A stretch of DNA of 64,000 nt from the NCBI RefSeq assembly GCF_009914755.1, contig NC_060928.1. One strand, written 5' to 3'. Both the position numbers and the translations under genes were made by a program. Below, in pieces: positions 1 through 15,777 of the stretch (positions are counted from its first letter, which is position 1; each line of letters begins with the position of its first letter). Under the pieces are notes generated by a model that did no database searches, was not told where the DNA came from, and saw nothing but the letters and a program-made list of their open reading frames with translations. Source of the stretch: the human T2T-CHM13v2.0 reference genome, Homo sapiens.

Positions 1-426
1 CTGGGTGAGAATAGATGGGAAATATCTCTTTTCAAGCCTTAAAGGTGTAAGACTCACAGTTAATCTCTCCTAGATCCAGGAAAGGCCTAGAAAGGATAGA
101 CCTGCCTGCATTAATGGAGATTCTCTACAGATGCAAATTTCTCCCACAAAATATGACTTTGCAGGGCCATTTCAATTTGTTGGCCCTGTGGTAGTTATTT
201 CTAAATACATCAAATAAAAGTATTTTGGGATGAAATATTTTGATTTCCTTCAGGATTTGCTATCTATCATGTGATGCTACACCAGAGTCAGGTTGGAAAG
301 CAAGCCACATTATATGTGATTAATAATAAACATCTAATGAGATTTTGTGATTTGTAGGGCAATACCTTCTAGGCCCCTTAGATGGGAATTTTGGCAAGAG
401 AAGAAAAGGTCAGATTTTAGTCCTCA
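1..426 (-). mobile_element. ERV1 MER4-group LTR (MER4D/LTR49/MER39-like), truncated by window edge
   Basis: Minus strand starts TGAGGACTAAAATCTGACC and contains GAAGGAAATCAAAATATTTCATCCCAAAAT and GAAATGGCCCTGCAAAG...AAATTTGCATCTGTAGAGAATCTCCATTAATGCAG, recalled as MER4-group LTR motifs; subfamily uncertain. Confidence 0.65.
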
Positions 427-1000
427 CCATTAAGTATTGTGGTGTTTTGTTATACAATAGGAGGTAACTGAAATGTTGTGTGAACCAGATCTGGCTAATG
501 AGGAGAGGAGCTTCTGAGGCACAGAGCTGATGGGCAGGTACCTTTTTTTCTTTTTGCTCCTTTCTTTTTCTCCTTCCTGAAACAGGATTGTTGCAAATGC
601 AGCAGCAATTTTATGATCAAGAAATGAAAAGCACGAGGATGAAGACCTATAAGTTAAGGATAGTGGAGAAGAGAGAGAGAGAGAGAGCCAGAGCCAATGC
701 TAATGACATTGCTAATGACATCCCTGAACTACCATGCTTTCCTCACTTCTGTCTATCCATAGAATTCTTGTAGTTGAATAAGCACTTAAATGGTTGCATG
801 TTAAATTTTTCTATTACGGTTGTTGTTCCTTGCCCTTGAATGTAATTTAAATGGACTCAGCAGATTTTAAAATTTTCATTAGAATTTTAAGACTTTACAA
901 AATTTATGACATAATTGTATATAGCAGATTCAGGTTACAAATATAATGGTACTAACAGTAAGAAAAGTATCCATTTCTGTCTGTCTATTTTATAATCTAC

Positions 1001-1627
1001 TGGAGATAGAATAGGATGGGATACTACTCCTTTTTCATGTAGTTTTTTTTTTTCTTCTTCTTCTCTTCACAAAACCCGCACCACTATCTCACTGATGCTA
1101 TGCCCACTAACCCCAGGCTTTAGTCACACATAGGAAATAGCTGCCATTCTGTGCTTTCATAATGGTTAACCATGCCTTTCACTTAAAGAATTCCAGAAAT
1201 TGGCTTTAGGAGAACTAAACATTGAATGAATCTTGTGAAGTGTCCCACCTTGGGAAGGAATGCTGAACAATTGATGTATAGCCTTATTGCTGCTGGCCAG
1301 ACCACCAGGTAGCCCATTACTCAAGAAAACCATAGCAACAAGATGCGCTGACCTGCATACCCTACTTCTCATGTGCTTTGCCCAGCTCAGCCTGCATACT
1401 TTACCCCTGATGTCAATTCCTGTGCTTTGCTTAATAAAAATAAAAAAATACCTCTTGCAGATTTTAGGCTTTTTCAGAGAGCCAGCCAGAGGATCCTTCC
1501 ACCTCACCTCTGCTGTCTCCCTTTTGCTCAACCACAAGTCCCAAAATAAAAATCTTGTCTGGGAAATCTGCTTGGCCCTGTGTTAACTTCTGTTACATGG
1601 GAGCCAAAGAGCCTGTGGTCTGTAACA
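1001..1627 (+). mobile_element. 5' LTR of a MER31/MER67-like ERV1 provirus
   Basis: TG...CA termini (TGGAGATAG...TGTAACA), AATAAA near 1545, direct-repeat homology with 7338-7952, followed by a PBS. Confidence 0.85.
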
Positions 1628-1634
1628 GGTTCTC

Positions 1635-1652
1635 TGGCAACCATGACGGGAT
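1635..1652 (+). promoter_or_regulatory. Degenerate primer binding site, tRNA-Arg-like
   Basis: TGGCAACCATGACGGGAT lies 7 nt after the LTR end and resembles TGGCGACCACGAAGGGAC, the complement of the tRNA-Arg 3' end. Confidence 0.6.
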
Positions 1653-4600
1653 TATAGGACGTGGTGAGCATTTTTCTCCAAGGAGGAGGCTTGTGAGCCA
1701 GCATGATGGCGGGGTGTGCCTGCCTCCTTCATGGGTGACAGGTGGTCACCTGAATCTTTGATTCAGCATTGCCACAACTGGTGAGTTTTCTTCTTGCCTC
1801 CCCGAGACTGCCAGACAATGCTTCTCTCTTCTCCTGTCCCCTATTTGTTGTGTCTTTTTCCTTCCTCTTTCCTCCTACTTTTCCTTCACTTTTCATTAAC
1901 TTCATCAGCTCAAATTGAATAGACACCTGTGCAGGACAGATTGCAATGGCTGATTGGTTCAGCTGGTAGGACTGTCATCTTTAAGTCTGCTAAGCGCTTT
2001 TCCTCCCTTTCCCACACCTACGGGGAAGGGAAGCCTGTGGGCTTTTCTGTTGTCTATCTTTTCGGGCATATTATCCTATGGACTGTGGGTGCTGCCTTTT
2101 GAGGGGAGAATTGACAGCACATGGTTCCAGAGTTTGAGCTACTGACTTCCTAATCCATTTTTCCCTGTTTGATTTGACAACATATTCCCCTATGCCTCCT
2201 GTTGGGTGGCATCTTGTAAAAAGTGAGAGACTTTTGCCTATGATTCCATAAAACAGAAAAAGATGTGCTTTTTTTTTTTTTTTTTTTTTTTTTGTAGCAT
2301 GGCTTGGCCCCCACAGCTATGGCACAGGGAGCAGGGTCATCAAAATCCACTCTGCTCTTCCAGAAGCTGCAGAGAGAGGGAACCCTAAAACCTGACATGC
2401 CAGAAAAGGTAAACATTTCTTACCAGCCAGACTCCTGGCCTCTCTGTGTAAACCAGTTGATGAAATGTGAAAATCACTGTTTGTCTCCCCTGCAAGGTTT
2501 TGATTAATGGGAAAAGGGATTTGTGAGACTAGTCTTCAGCTGTAGCAAATCTTGTGTACTTTGAGCTATATAAATTTGTCTTTCTGTGTTGTTCTGTCAT
2601 AAAGTGTGGCCCCATAGGATAAAATACGAGCCTAGGCCCTCTGTAAGCCTTCTGTTGCAAGCCAGCCCTGCAGACTGGTCAGCTACAAACTTTGCTGTTG
2701 GTCCCTTAAAAAAAAGCCAGATGAGGTTTCCCTCTCATCTTGTTTTACGTCCTTGGGAGCTTGACCTTGTGACCATGTGGGGGTACCTCTCCTGGTCTCT
2801 ACCATCTGGAGGGCTGGAATTTTCAGGTTCATGTCAGGCAGCTAGCCTGAAAGGACTTGGAGTCTGAGCTGCATCAGCACACTCTTTGTCCTGAATGTGT
2901 CATGCCCTTGGGTGAGTTTTGTCTTAAATGGTCCCATTTCTATGTGGCTTTAGTTGTCTTTTGCTGTCTTAGGTCATTTCTGAGAATGAATTCTTGGGAA
3001 CCATGTAGATGCCTCCTTTACTCCCTCTAGATATACCTTTTGCTTATATAGTAAAAACCTCTAAAATTACTATCTGAACTTCAAAAGGCTTTTGGATTCA
3101 CTCACTATTGGAACTAAGTACACCATCAACAGAAAAAAAGGACTTCAGAGATCTCTTATTCTCAACAATTAAAGAAAAAATGGTTTAAAATAAAAGAAGG
3201 ACGTGTAATAATGTCATAGCTAGCCTTTAAAATGATCTTGAGCATCCTGGTCAACAGAGTGAAATGCAAAATTTTTTAGAAAGTAAAAAGTTATATTGAG
3301 CAGTTAAAAATATTTTGCAACCTAAAACATGACTGCTCTAGGCTCCTTCTGGGAAGAGCAGTGGCAACTGCCATATGCTGTAGCTCAGTAGCTATAGACC
3401 TTGCCCTTTCATGAGGTGTGTGGCCTTGGTTCAATTCTCAGCTTAAGGAATAGGTTCTTTTTGTTTTGATAATTATGTAACCTTTAATACTTATTGATTC
3501 TTTTCTCCTCCATGAACAGCTTCTGAATTTGTCTCTTGAATTTTTCTTTCTCTGAGTTATCTTTGGGGCAATTCTAGCTCTTGTAAAAACCACTTGCCAT
3601 CTTTTTGGAGACAACCTGTGATTCTGTGGTTAAGTCATAACCTTACTTAAGGCTTATTGGTTTCACTCAGGAAAATACCTTTAGGAAAACAAAAGGCTTA
3701 AAAGCTAGAGGTGTCAGCTGTTTGTCCCAGCCAAAGTCTCGTAATAAAAGATTTAAAAGAATTTTTAAATAAAAGAGCTCTATGCTTAGAAGTGAGCTTA
3801 ATTAAAAGGGGATATCAAAGCTATATGCATACTTAAAAGGCCGTTATGTTTTTTCTCTTCTTGGATCTTGTTTTTTGAATATATATTATATATATATTAT
3901 ATATATATTTTTTCTTCTCAGTTGACTGAATTGTTTCTCCATTTACTTTTGTCTGTCCTCTTGCTACCCTCAAGTTCACATGAGAGGACCTAAGGTAATT
4001 TCTGACAGCCTTGGGAAAAACAGAGGAGGTCTCACAGGCCCTGTTTTGGGAGAAATCTGTTTTCCTCATGGAACCCAAATAATTCTAAGTGGACAGATCC
4101 CTCTCAAAACCTAAGGCTCTGCTGTGTTTTGCACTGCATTGTGTTACCCGACCTCTTTGACTTTTGTGGGCATCAGAAATTACTTTGCATTATTTAAAAA
4201 AAAACCTTAATTTGTAATAGCTAAATAAGAGATATACTTTTAAAAATGTCTAATGGCAATTGTTTATAGTGAGTAGCTACTACTACAAGCCGGTACTCCT
4301 TTCTTTGTGCATTTAGATAAGAAAAACATGCTCTTGAGCACCTAGAAGGTATAGAATGGGGGATGGGCTGATTACAGAGTGGGCTGATTGCAGTTGGGTT
4401 GCCCACCAGCCTTGGAGAAATGTCCTTGCAATGAAATACACTGTGAAAGTGTTGCAATGTCCCATCCCATAGTATGTGTCTCTTTTTTGGGACCCAAGAT
4501 TCAGTGTAAAAATGGGATTCTTGACAACTCTCCATGCGTAAGAGTATCTGCTTTTCCTGGCGATCTCACATGAACTTTTACTCAAACCATATTTTCTTGG

Positions 4601-5175
4601 TTTGATTAAAATATAAATTCTCTATCTTATTTCACCTAAGAGTTGTCCCTTTAGATATACAAATTAGACTTGCCTCGCTGACAATTGCTTAGGACAGGGA
4701 ACAGGTAGTCAACAGACTAATCGCCTAAAATGGAAAACAAAAGATTTTTCTTTACCTTTTAAATAACTATAGAAAAAAGAGAGAGGAGGAAATAAATTCA
4801 ACTGGCCTCATGCTGTCTTTATTGGGTCTTATTGTTTGGAAAGCTGAGTCTCCCCTCTATCAATGAGTACAGGTTTTTGGCTTAAAAAATTTTTAGAGTT
4901 ATCACTTTGGCTAAATAAATGGCTTATAGTAGCCTGGGATTCTGTTCTGTGTTATCAAGTGTTTTAAACCTTTTGATATCTGACAAACTTTTCAAGATCA
5001 AATTAAGCATTGGGTACTTTTAGGTCCAAAAGAGATATTTTTGGCTCATTTGGTATATTAAACCCATATAAGAAACATTGTTAAATAAAAAATGTTGTTT
5101 AACCTTCATTAGATTATATTCCTATAAATGTGTTAATATGTATTTGAAAATTATATGAGATTCCTATAATTCTGA

Positions 5176-5733
<558 letters not shown>

Positions 5734-7337
5734 TAGAGGAAAAAACTTCTAAGACTTTCCTGGAGATGTTACATGTTAATAAATATTGAGTGGAACAAGA
5801 GTTAATTGCATGGACTAAACTAATAGAAAATCGAAATAATCTTTTTATAAATTTCCTGAAATTCTGCTGATCCTTTTTGTTTTGGTTTTCAGAGTCAAGA
5901 AAACTTTTTTCCTGTTGAACTAGTTATATCTTTTAACAATTAACTACTATATATTCCTATAAGCAAATTTGGAGCATGTTTCTTTCTACCTGATTTCTTT
6001 AGAATTTGGAAACTATTTGTGACTATTCTTAACTTATGGCAATATAGTTATTTGCATAAGTTCAATAAGAATCTGTTTTCTTTTGTAACAGAACACAAGT
6101 GGGGACACTGGCTATTTTACCAGGCTTTTGACTGAAATGGCATGCTTCCAACTGCTTTAAAAATTTGAGGTTGACTTATAAAGCCGATAAAAAGCCCCTT
6201 GGAGAAACTGGCCTCATACCTTGTCTATGCAGTCCCTGTATAGAGTAAAAAATGTCACTTTCTAACAGGTTCTGGAACTCCAAGTTGTATTGGGACCTTA
6301 AGAGGGGAGGAATTCACACAATTCATACAAGTATTTATAGGGACAGATAAATCAGTGGCTAGGTTCAAGGCTTTAAAAAGTCTAAGCTAAGGTTCCTTAC
6401 AGAACAAAGTTCCCGCAAAATAAAAAATATATATATATGAGAGTCTATACGACAAATAATTATTCTTGCTGCACTTTATGCAAATAATCAGGCCAAGTAT
6501 AATAAGACTAAAACTTAATTGCAAACAAATCAGTACTACCATGATTTGTCTTTGATAAAAGTGAAACTGGAGACAAAAAGACCATAACATACCTGTTGTT
6601 AGATTCTAGTCTTGTCCATTGTTATTGAGTTTTAAAATATTATTTTCTATGCAACAAATATCCAAGCTAACATTTTCAAGTTTTTCTTCCATTTTTCTGA
6701 GTTAAACACAATAAAATTGCTAGTATCTCTTTTCTAAGGCCCTGCAGACTAAAGTTTATTTCTTATAACACAGGCAAGAAAAATGTGTCAGATTGCCAGC
6801 ATCTTCCTCCTCTGTAACTAAAGATGCTTTGAGTGTAACGTCTGGGTAGATTATGCCCACGATTAATGTTTGTTTTTCTTCTGGTTCCATATAAATGCCT
6901 CTTATTAAAAGTCTATTTGTCTTATATTTTGACAACAGGAGGTTGGTTCTCCAGTCAATTCACTTACATTTCAAATGGCATCTGATCTCTTCTTATAAGC
7001 ATTGTTAAACTGGGCTTAAGCATTTTATTAATCACTGGGTGCTATTTGATTTTTAAAATAATTATTTATTATATTCAACAGGGGTACAGATAATTAAAGT
7101 TTATGTCTTCAGGCTTCAGCCATTCCAAGTCACGCTACTGATGGCCCAAGGAGTCCAACCCTTACCATCACAGGAGGATCCTAGTTCCTACTAATCTTTA
7201 GAACAGTCAGTGAAAAATTTCCATGCCCTCCAAGGTTAGGCAGGGATGACAATCCTATTCAGTAGGAAGTAGCTTCAGAAGATGAGATATTTGGCCCTCT
7301 CTAAGAATAAGGAGAATATAATCTCTCAGGGAGGAAC

Positions 7338-7952
7338 TGAGATAGAATAGGAGTGGGATGTGGCTCCCTCTTCACATATTTTTTCTTCTTTATTCTCTTC
7401 ACAAAATCCACAGCACTATCTTGCTGATGCTATACCAACTAATCCTGAGGCTTTAGTCACACATAGAAAACAGTCATTCTTCTGTGCTCTCATAATGTTT
7501 AACCACACCTTTTATTTAAAATATTCTAAAAGTTGGACTTAGGAAATCTTAACACTGAACCACAATTGCAGAGTGTCCCACCTCGGGAAAGAATGCTGAA
7601 CAATTGATTTACAGCCTTGTCGTTGCTGGCCAGACCACCAGGTGGCCCATTACTCAAGATAACCATAGCAACAAGATGCGCTGACCTGCATACCCTACCC
7701 ATCATGTGCTTTGCCCAGCTCAGCCTGAATGTTTTACCCCTGATGTCAATTCCTGTGCTTTGCCTAATCAAGCAAACAAAAAACCCTACTGGATTTTTTT
7801 AAGGAGCCATCCAGAGGATTCTTACACCTCACTTCTGCTGTCTCCCTTGCACTTCAGCACAAGCCCCAAAATAAAAGCTTTGTCTGGGAAATCTGCTTGG
7901 CCTCGTGTTAATTTCCATTACAGGGGAGGCCAAAGACCCTGTGATCTATAAC
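7338..7952 (+). mobile_element. 3' LTR of the MER31/MER67-like provirus
   Basis: Starts TGAGATAGAATAGG right after the PPT; colinear with 1001-1627; ends TGTGATCTATAAC with the terminal A lost. Confidence 0.85.
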
Positions 7953-8426
7953 TCTCTCTCTCTTTCTGTCATAAATTAATGAATGAAAACTGAAATGCAT
8001 CCAATGCCACGGAGAACTTTTATTAGTGATCATTTCACTTAATAATTTAATTCGTCTCACCACACCTTGTTTCTTCAGCCATAAAATAGGGTTTATAATG
8101 TATCTACTTTGTAGGGCTGTTGGGAGGCAGAGAAAATATGTATAAGATGCCTAGATTTGTGCTCACACGAAGTAAACGCCTAATAAATGTTGGCATTAAA
8201 CATTTATATGAAGAATGTTTTGATTTTCATGTTCTTTTTGAATACTTTTTACTTCTTCAATTTTCTACAATGAGAAGAATTACTTAATAATCACAAAGCA
8301 AAACAAAGCATGAAGGGCTTTAGAAAAATCTCTGGGTGATATTAATTCAATATTGAGCTCCAAATATAAAGTTCTATAGAGCGAGGTTGAGTTTTAAAAT
8401 TTGTGGCTTATAAATAGCGCCTGTCA

Positions 8427-8822
<396 letters not shown>

Positions 8823-10205
8823 TTAATAGCAATAATGGATCTTCATGGTAAAATGTATCTTTGTGTTATGCTCATCTACATATACTTGACTAAATTTGTG
8901 TACCTTAAAGTTGCCACAAAACCCCACCTCCTAAAGGCTACAGTGTTTCTGGATGGGTGGTTCACAAAATATCCAGTTGAACTTGTCTAAGATTTTTCTG
9001 AGCATATGGTGAAGAGGTGGGAGATGATGCTTTCAGTTACTCATACTCACTGGCTTTGCCTGGGCTGATACATTTCTGGAACTTTAATATTATTCAAAAT
9101 AAAGTAGAGAATTGAGCACAATGTATTTGATTATTTCTGACTGTTGGTTGGTCTCCAGTGTTGATAGGAGTCTGGCAATAATAACACAGCAATACAGTCT
9201 AATGGCTTTGGATTCTTGAGTTTTAAGTCATTTTGTAACTCAAAGATGGATGTTCCAATTTTAGTTTCACTGCTGACTGGCTGCCTATTATTATCACACT
9301 GTCCTGTTTTTCTTAAGCATAAAATGGGGTTATAATGTTGACCTTTGTTTCTCTTTCAGAGTATTTGTTTCAAAATTCTTTAAGGTGTAGTGTAACAATG
9401 CATATAATGTGCCCAGACAAATTAAAAATATATAACTAGGAAAATAACTCAGGGAAATATCTTGAAATAAGAAAAATAAAATAAACCTAGAAGTGAGTAG
9501 TAAATTGCTTGCCAAGAGATACTGTGTACTTATTGGATACAGGCCACGATTTCAACTCAACGTGCTTTAACAGCCAATGAAAAAGGAAAAAAAATGGGTT
9601 ATACAACTCAGAGGGTCAATAAAATAAAGTTGATCATGTCAATAAGCACAAAATCAAAACAAAGCAGTTGCTCCAGAGAAACTATGTTACCGGTAATTTC
9701 TCCACAGTAAATATATAGGTACTTTTCATAGGGCAATTTCTTATATGATTCTTTAAATTAGACCAATAAATGAACACCAAAACGTAATTTTATATAATTA
9801 ATCTATATGGGGCCAGAAAACTATGTACTCATGTACAAGCTTTTTGATAATCTGGCTTAACCCATGCACTCACATTGAAGCTCCTAGAGAGACTTGGAAG
9901 GATTGCATATCTTTTAGGCAGTCCTCAATTATGCATCTTTAAAGTGTACCTTTGTTAAGAAGCAGATTGCAATTATAACATGTTGCCAGTTAGATTTCAA
10001 GTTAACTCACAGTTAAGTTTCAATGGACTGAAAAGGAGAATTGACTTCTTGTGAAAATTGAGTTTAAGAAGAACAGAAAGCTAACCAACCTCTTCATTCA
10101 GATGGGTGTAGAAATCATTGGTGAGCAGGGCTGGACCAGGATTCTTGTCTTGAATATGAGTCATGGAAGCAGGTTGTTCAACAGAAGAGCAAACTAAAAA
10201 TAATC

Positions 10206-10450
10206 GTCTGGACACAGTGGCTCATGACTATAATCCCAGCACTATGAGAGGCCACAGTGGGAAGATAGCTTGAGGCCAGAAGCTCAAGACCAGCCTAGGA
10301 AACATAGTGAGATCCCGGTCTCTACAAAAAACAAAAAAGAAAAAAAAAATTAGCTGGGTGTAGTTACTTTTGGGAGGCTGAGGTAGGAGGATCACTTGAG
10401 TTTGAGAAGTCAAGGGCAACAGAGCAAGAAACTGTCAAAAAATAATAATA
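10206..10450 (+). mobile_element. AluJ-like, right arm partly deleted
   Basis: Diverged left arm, A-rich linker, shortened right arm. Confidence 0.85.
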
Positions 10451-11769
10451 AAACCAAACAGAAATTAAAAATAATAAATTGAAAACAGACATTTAAAGAG
10501 ATGAGTCTAAACAAACAAAAAACAGAAACAAAATATAATTTTAAGGTAAAATTTATTCTAAAAATAAAATATTAATTTTAAAATATGGAAAAAGCAACTA
10601 AGTTTAAAACAATAAAGTTTGAAAATATGTGCAATATAAAAAGCTAGATCTAAAAAGCAAAGTTATGAATGAGATTATTAAGACTAAAAGTAGTTTCTAA
10701 GAATGTACAAATAAAGTAAAATTGTTTTTATTAAAAATGTAGGAGTCACCATTTAAGTTAAAGAAAAATAAGAGTGAGGCAGAAAATCCAAAATATAAGA
10801 ATAATGAAATTAGAATAAAACTTAGGAATAAATGTTATACAAGTTAATAATACATTTTAAGTCAATTTTGAGGTGCTGAACCATAGAAATCAATGTTTAG
10901 TAAAGTCAGAAAACTCAACCACAGTGTAGGTAGGCTACTGGGAGTCCTTAGTAAGGAAAGGTTTTGGTTTGAGGTGGCTTGAAGGTGCATTCTTCCTTAA
11001 AGGAGCAGAACTATGCAAATTCTTTAGCCCATGTCTTTAGTAAAGGCCCTCATTCTTGTCAAAATTTTCACAATTATAAGTAAAATTGTGATAAACACTT
11101 ATATACCTACATCTTTGCACTTTTTTAAAGAGAAAAGTTCTGAAAGTTTAGTTGGCTAAAGTATATACTTTTTTTAAAAGATTTTTGATGCTATGTAATG
11201 CCAATTTGTCCTCCTGTGACTGGTAGTAATTTATATGTAAACCAACAGTTCATGAAACATCTATTTCACTCCCCCCTTGTATAAGGTTATTATGATACCA
11301 TTTTCATTACTGCTGATAATTGAAAAATATCTTATTTCAAATTGTGTTTCTTTTTGATTGGTATTGAGATTGAACCAACACTCATTAAAGAAGTATTTGT
11401 TTATTCTGAACTCTTCCTCTTTTCTCTGTTTATCTTCATATAAACAGACGAGAATAATTCTCACAAGGCAGATAACTTAACTGGCAAATGACTTTGGTGT
11501 AGTCATTATATACAAAACATGTTTGTCCATATCTCTTTTGTTAAGCAGGCATTTCCCAAGCTTCCTGATTACCAGCTAGGTCTCAAACCTGGCTTGATTC
11601 CTAAGAAAATGGAAATATGATGAATTGATGGTAGTTATTTAAATTCCCAAGTTTATTTGGTGACATAAAACATGCTAAGATGACTCATGAACTTCCAGTT
11701 TAACTAAAATTAAAATGAAACAATAAGTTAAACTCAAACTGTTCTGCTGAATAATCAAAAGTAGATGTC

Positions 11770-12061
11770 AGCTGGGTGCAGTGGCTCACACCTGTGATTC
11801 TAGCACTTTGGGAGGCCAAGGTGGGAGAACTGCTTGAGCCCAGGAGTTTGAGACCAGTGTGGGGAACATAGAGAGACCTTGTCTCTACAAAAAATATTTT
11901 AAAAATTAGCTGGGCATGGTGGTGTGTGTCTGTGGTCCCAGGTACTCAGGATGCTGAGGTGGGAGGATTGCTTGAGCTTAGAAGGTCGAGGCTTGCAGTG
12001 ACCCGTGATTGTACCACCCTGCATGGGTGACAAAGTGAGACTTTGTCTTAAAAAAAAAAAA
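11770..12061 (+). mobile_element. AluJ-like
   Basis: GCTGGGTGCAGTGGCTCACACC...GAGCCCAGGAGTTTGAGACC, A tail. Confidence 0.9.
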
Positions 12062-13151
12062 GTCTACATACCAATGGCTGGTTTAGGATTATTGAATTAT
12101 CTAATTATTTTGTTTCTTTTTGCGTATCAGATCTCAAAAATGAAAGCAAAGTGATACGAAATTAATATATTTTAATTGTAACATTCTATCCAATTCAAAT
12201 TTTATTTTCTGATACAATTTATGGACTACACATTTATGCTCTTGTCTAATGCATAGTTAAGTCTTCTTTGGTTGGCCTTTAAAATGTTTTTCCACTGTCC
12301 ATTTAGAGGATATTGCATATTCTGAAGATAGGGTCAATGGCTTCTATCCTCTAAATCAGTGAACTAGAAAATAACGTCTGTACATTAAGAAATATTCACA
12401 TCCTCACAAAAATAGTTTAAATCGTGAAAAGGGAAGACTGACATTCTCACATTTTAAAATTAGATTTCAGATTATAACAGGAAAGGTTTAAAATTTCTTA
12501 GAAAACATAAAAATTACAAAGTATATGGTAAAAAATCTTAAGTAATTTTTACTTTAATGGCAATTGTTCAAAATGTAGAGAACTGTCTGAAAGCTAGAAA
12601 ATCCAAGATTGACATTTCATTAGATACTATTTTAGGATTGTTTTTCTTGGTTTTAATAGAGTTCATTGAGAATGATTTTTCAACAAGCAAAGAGACATTA
12701 AACATGTAAATGTAAGACTTTTATTTTAGGAAAATGGTTGACTAGCTGAGTAGGTAAACCCATCCCAGCATGGAATCTCTGCAGTAATAGATTAAAAGTG
12801 AAAATCTTTTGAAAAGTCATGGTAAAGATGATAAATTAAGAAAAACCATCAGAGGGCAGAACTGATAAGAAAACACAAATCCAAAATAGATGAGGTTGAA
12901 GTCAGTGTTTGCTGTTTACCTGAACAGCATCTGCCAGTAGTTGGTAACCTTGAGCCTGAATTATAATGTTGCCTGCATGCATGGAGGCTGGAAAGAAAGT
13001 ACTAATAGTATGAACTTGAGTTTCATAGAAGGCTGGATCGGAGATAACCTCAAAAATCTGAGACTGCTCTTCCCAGACAGCAACACCCTCAGTGACTGAA
13101 CTTGAGGGAAAACACCCTTGCGGAGGAAATGTTAATACTTGTCTGTCTTCT

Positions 13152-13720
13152 TGCAATATTAATTATGCATTTTTATATTTTATCATGCTTTGACATCTTG
13201 GGGTCTTGCTGATCTTGGAGAGACTGTCCCTTCCAAGGATAGCTAATTGCTAGAGATAGCGAACAACTTGCCTATGAGCATACCTTTCATATGCAAGCCA
13301 AACAATCCTGTCTCTACCTTCAGCCACCTCCTTTATTAACTCTCACACACCATACCAATATTCTCCCTGCTCTAAATCACCAACCAGGTACTAGGTAACT
13401 AGAGACCACCACTATAGCCCAAGGCCTGCTGAAATTTTAAAAACAATTTCAATCTTGTACTTGCTCAGCTTGCCTACTCCCTTTGTTCCTGAAAACAAAG
13501 AAAGAAAGAAAGAACACAATCACGGCTTTTGTCCATGTTTCCCTTTGTCCCTTCTGTCCCCTAATTGACCCTGGTGCTTCCCCAAGTGGCTTTGCATGGT
13601 GTGGCATGCCCTATCCTCTGGGGGACTGTGAGCAATAAACTCTTCTTTCAAGGCAGTTATCTCCATGTCTGTCATTTTATCATACCTGATTAAAACAAAT
13701 CCCAGGTACATATTAAAACA
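13152..13720 (+). mobile_element. Solo ERVL-class LTR (MER74/MER73-like)
   Basis: TG...CA ends (TGCAATATT...ATTAAAACA), AATAAA near 13634, recalled motif CTTTGACATCTTGGGG...GCTAATTGCTAGAGATAG. Confidence 0.6.
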
Positions 13721-14579
13721 TCTTGGCTTTGGGTAGAACAGAATGTAAAATTAAAAACAAATACAAGAACAATGAAAATCCTTTAAACTCCTAACCAGAA
13801 GCCCTTACATACATAGGTATGAGGCAAGAATCACATTGCCATGTGACTTCAAAACCCAAGTCAATAATTAAGTTAAAGTGATTCTGGATTGGTGATGGCC
13901 CCATGAGCTTGGCAAAAGGAGACAAATCTGCTATGGGGGAAAGAACTTAAACAATTTCCAGGCAATTTTTAGAGTTCCAGTGAGTATCATCTCACAACAA
14001 AATACCATTAAAAACATGAAGAAATAAGTCATAAACAAAGTTAGCAGAAATCAAATCAAATTAAATTCTCCTTTCCTCAGGGCCCAGTGGCTTGGAACTT
14101 CTGCTTATGGTGGAGGTAGAGAAAACAATTTCTCACAACCTTGTTCCTTTTCCAGGACTTAGTTCTCTGGTGCTGGGAGTGGGGGGAAGGAAGAAGGGTC
14201 AAAAAGCCGTTTCCATATGCAACTGCCCATAGTTGATTAGCTGATGTTTATTTTGTTCGTTGAAATCGCTCTTCCATTACTTAAGCAAACCCACCATGAG
14301 GTAGATTACTTATCCTTTTCTGTTTTTTGCAGCCACACTTCTATGGTAGGCATTCAACTGCTGGTTTTCTAAAGGGTAGATGTTTGTTGGTTCTGTGAAG
14401 GGTTCTAAGGAAGCCTTACCCTTTATAGTTCCCTAGCTTGGGAGAGTCAGCTGAGGCTTAACCACTTAACCTGCTCATTTCTGCTGTGGGAGGGGCATTC
14501 TATTACTTCGTGTTGAGAATTTTCTCTTCTAGTAGCTCTCTTGAAGTGAATTAATTTATCTTATTGACAAACTAATTTC

Positions 14580-14889
14580 TTTTTTTTTTTTTTTTTTTTT
14601 AGACGGAGTCTCGCTCTGTCACCCAGGCTGTAGTGCAGTGGCAGTGGTGTGATTTCGGCTCACTGCAACCTCCACTTCCCAGGTTCAAGCAATTCTCTGC
14701 CTCAGCCTCCTGAGTAACTGGGATTACAGGTGCCTGCCACCAGGCCCAGCTAATTTTTTTTGTATTTTTAGTAGAGACGAGGTTTCACCATCTTGGCCAG
14801 GCTGGTCTTGAACTCCTGACCTCATGATCCACTCGCCTCGGCCCCCGCAAAAGTGCTGGGATTACAGGCGTGTGCCACCGTGCCTGGCC
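14580..14889 (-). mobile_element. AluS
   Basis: Full dimer; degenerate TSD TGACAAACTAATTTCT / TGATAAATTAATTTCT. Confidence 0.95.
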
Positions 14890-15777
14890 TGATAAATTAA
14901 TTTCTAACCAGCACCTAAGGTGATTGTCAGAAATATCTGTATCCTTGCCATACAACAGAACAGGCATACAGGTTACCTCCCCACCTTCTCCTTGCTGTTT
15001 TCTCTCCTCGACATCTTTCTTGACTTTCTTTTCTCTCATCAGCAGCTGTAAGTCTAGGGCACCCGATATCCTGCTGGCTCAGTAGTTAGGAAATTTCACA
15101 CAAGGGATGATCAGCAGTCACAACTTAGTGAAAGGGGTAATGGTTTTAGCAACCTCCATCTTGTAGGATGACAGAGAATATACTGGATGCTTCTCACCAA
15201 TGGGAGGAGTAAGAGAAGCTGCTCCACAAATTCTCATTCCCGTCAATAACGACTTCTAGCCTGCCTTCATTTTATACAGTCCAGAGGAAGTCAGGAAGTA
15301 AAGGGTTGGAATGATGAAGAGCTCCAACTGTGCTGAAATAGTGCCCCTTAGCAAGCCTCTCTTGAATGTGATTGAGCCCACAGCCGGTAGTTTTCTGACT
15401 TTAGAATTTGGCATTACTTGACATTACACTGTGGATTCTTTCATCAATTCTGGGAAAATAAGAAAATGCATTTGCATTATTTGGCTTTAGACTGTGGATT
15501 CTAGGCATTAATTCTGGGACAATAAGAAAGTTTTCTACCAGTATTCTACAACAGTGCTATAGTAACATAACTTATCATCAAAGAACAAAAATTGTCATTC
15601 GCATAAATATTAGCATATAAGTAACATCATTGAATTATCTGTACCATATTAAAACTAACGTTTGTAATGACAATTTAAGTTTTAAAATATGGAAAACTGG
15701 TTGTTGGAAATAGTATAAAAATATAAATAATATCAGAAATGAACCATAAAGGTAAGGCTTGTGCAGTTAAATATAGG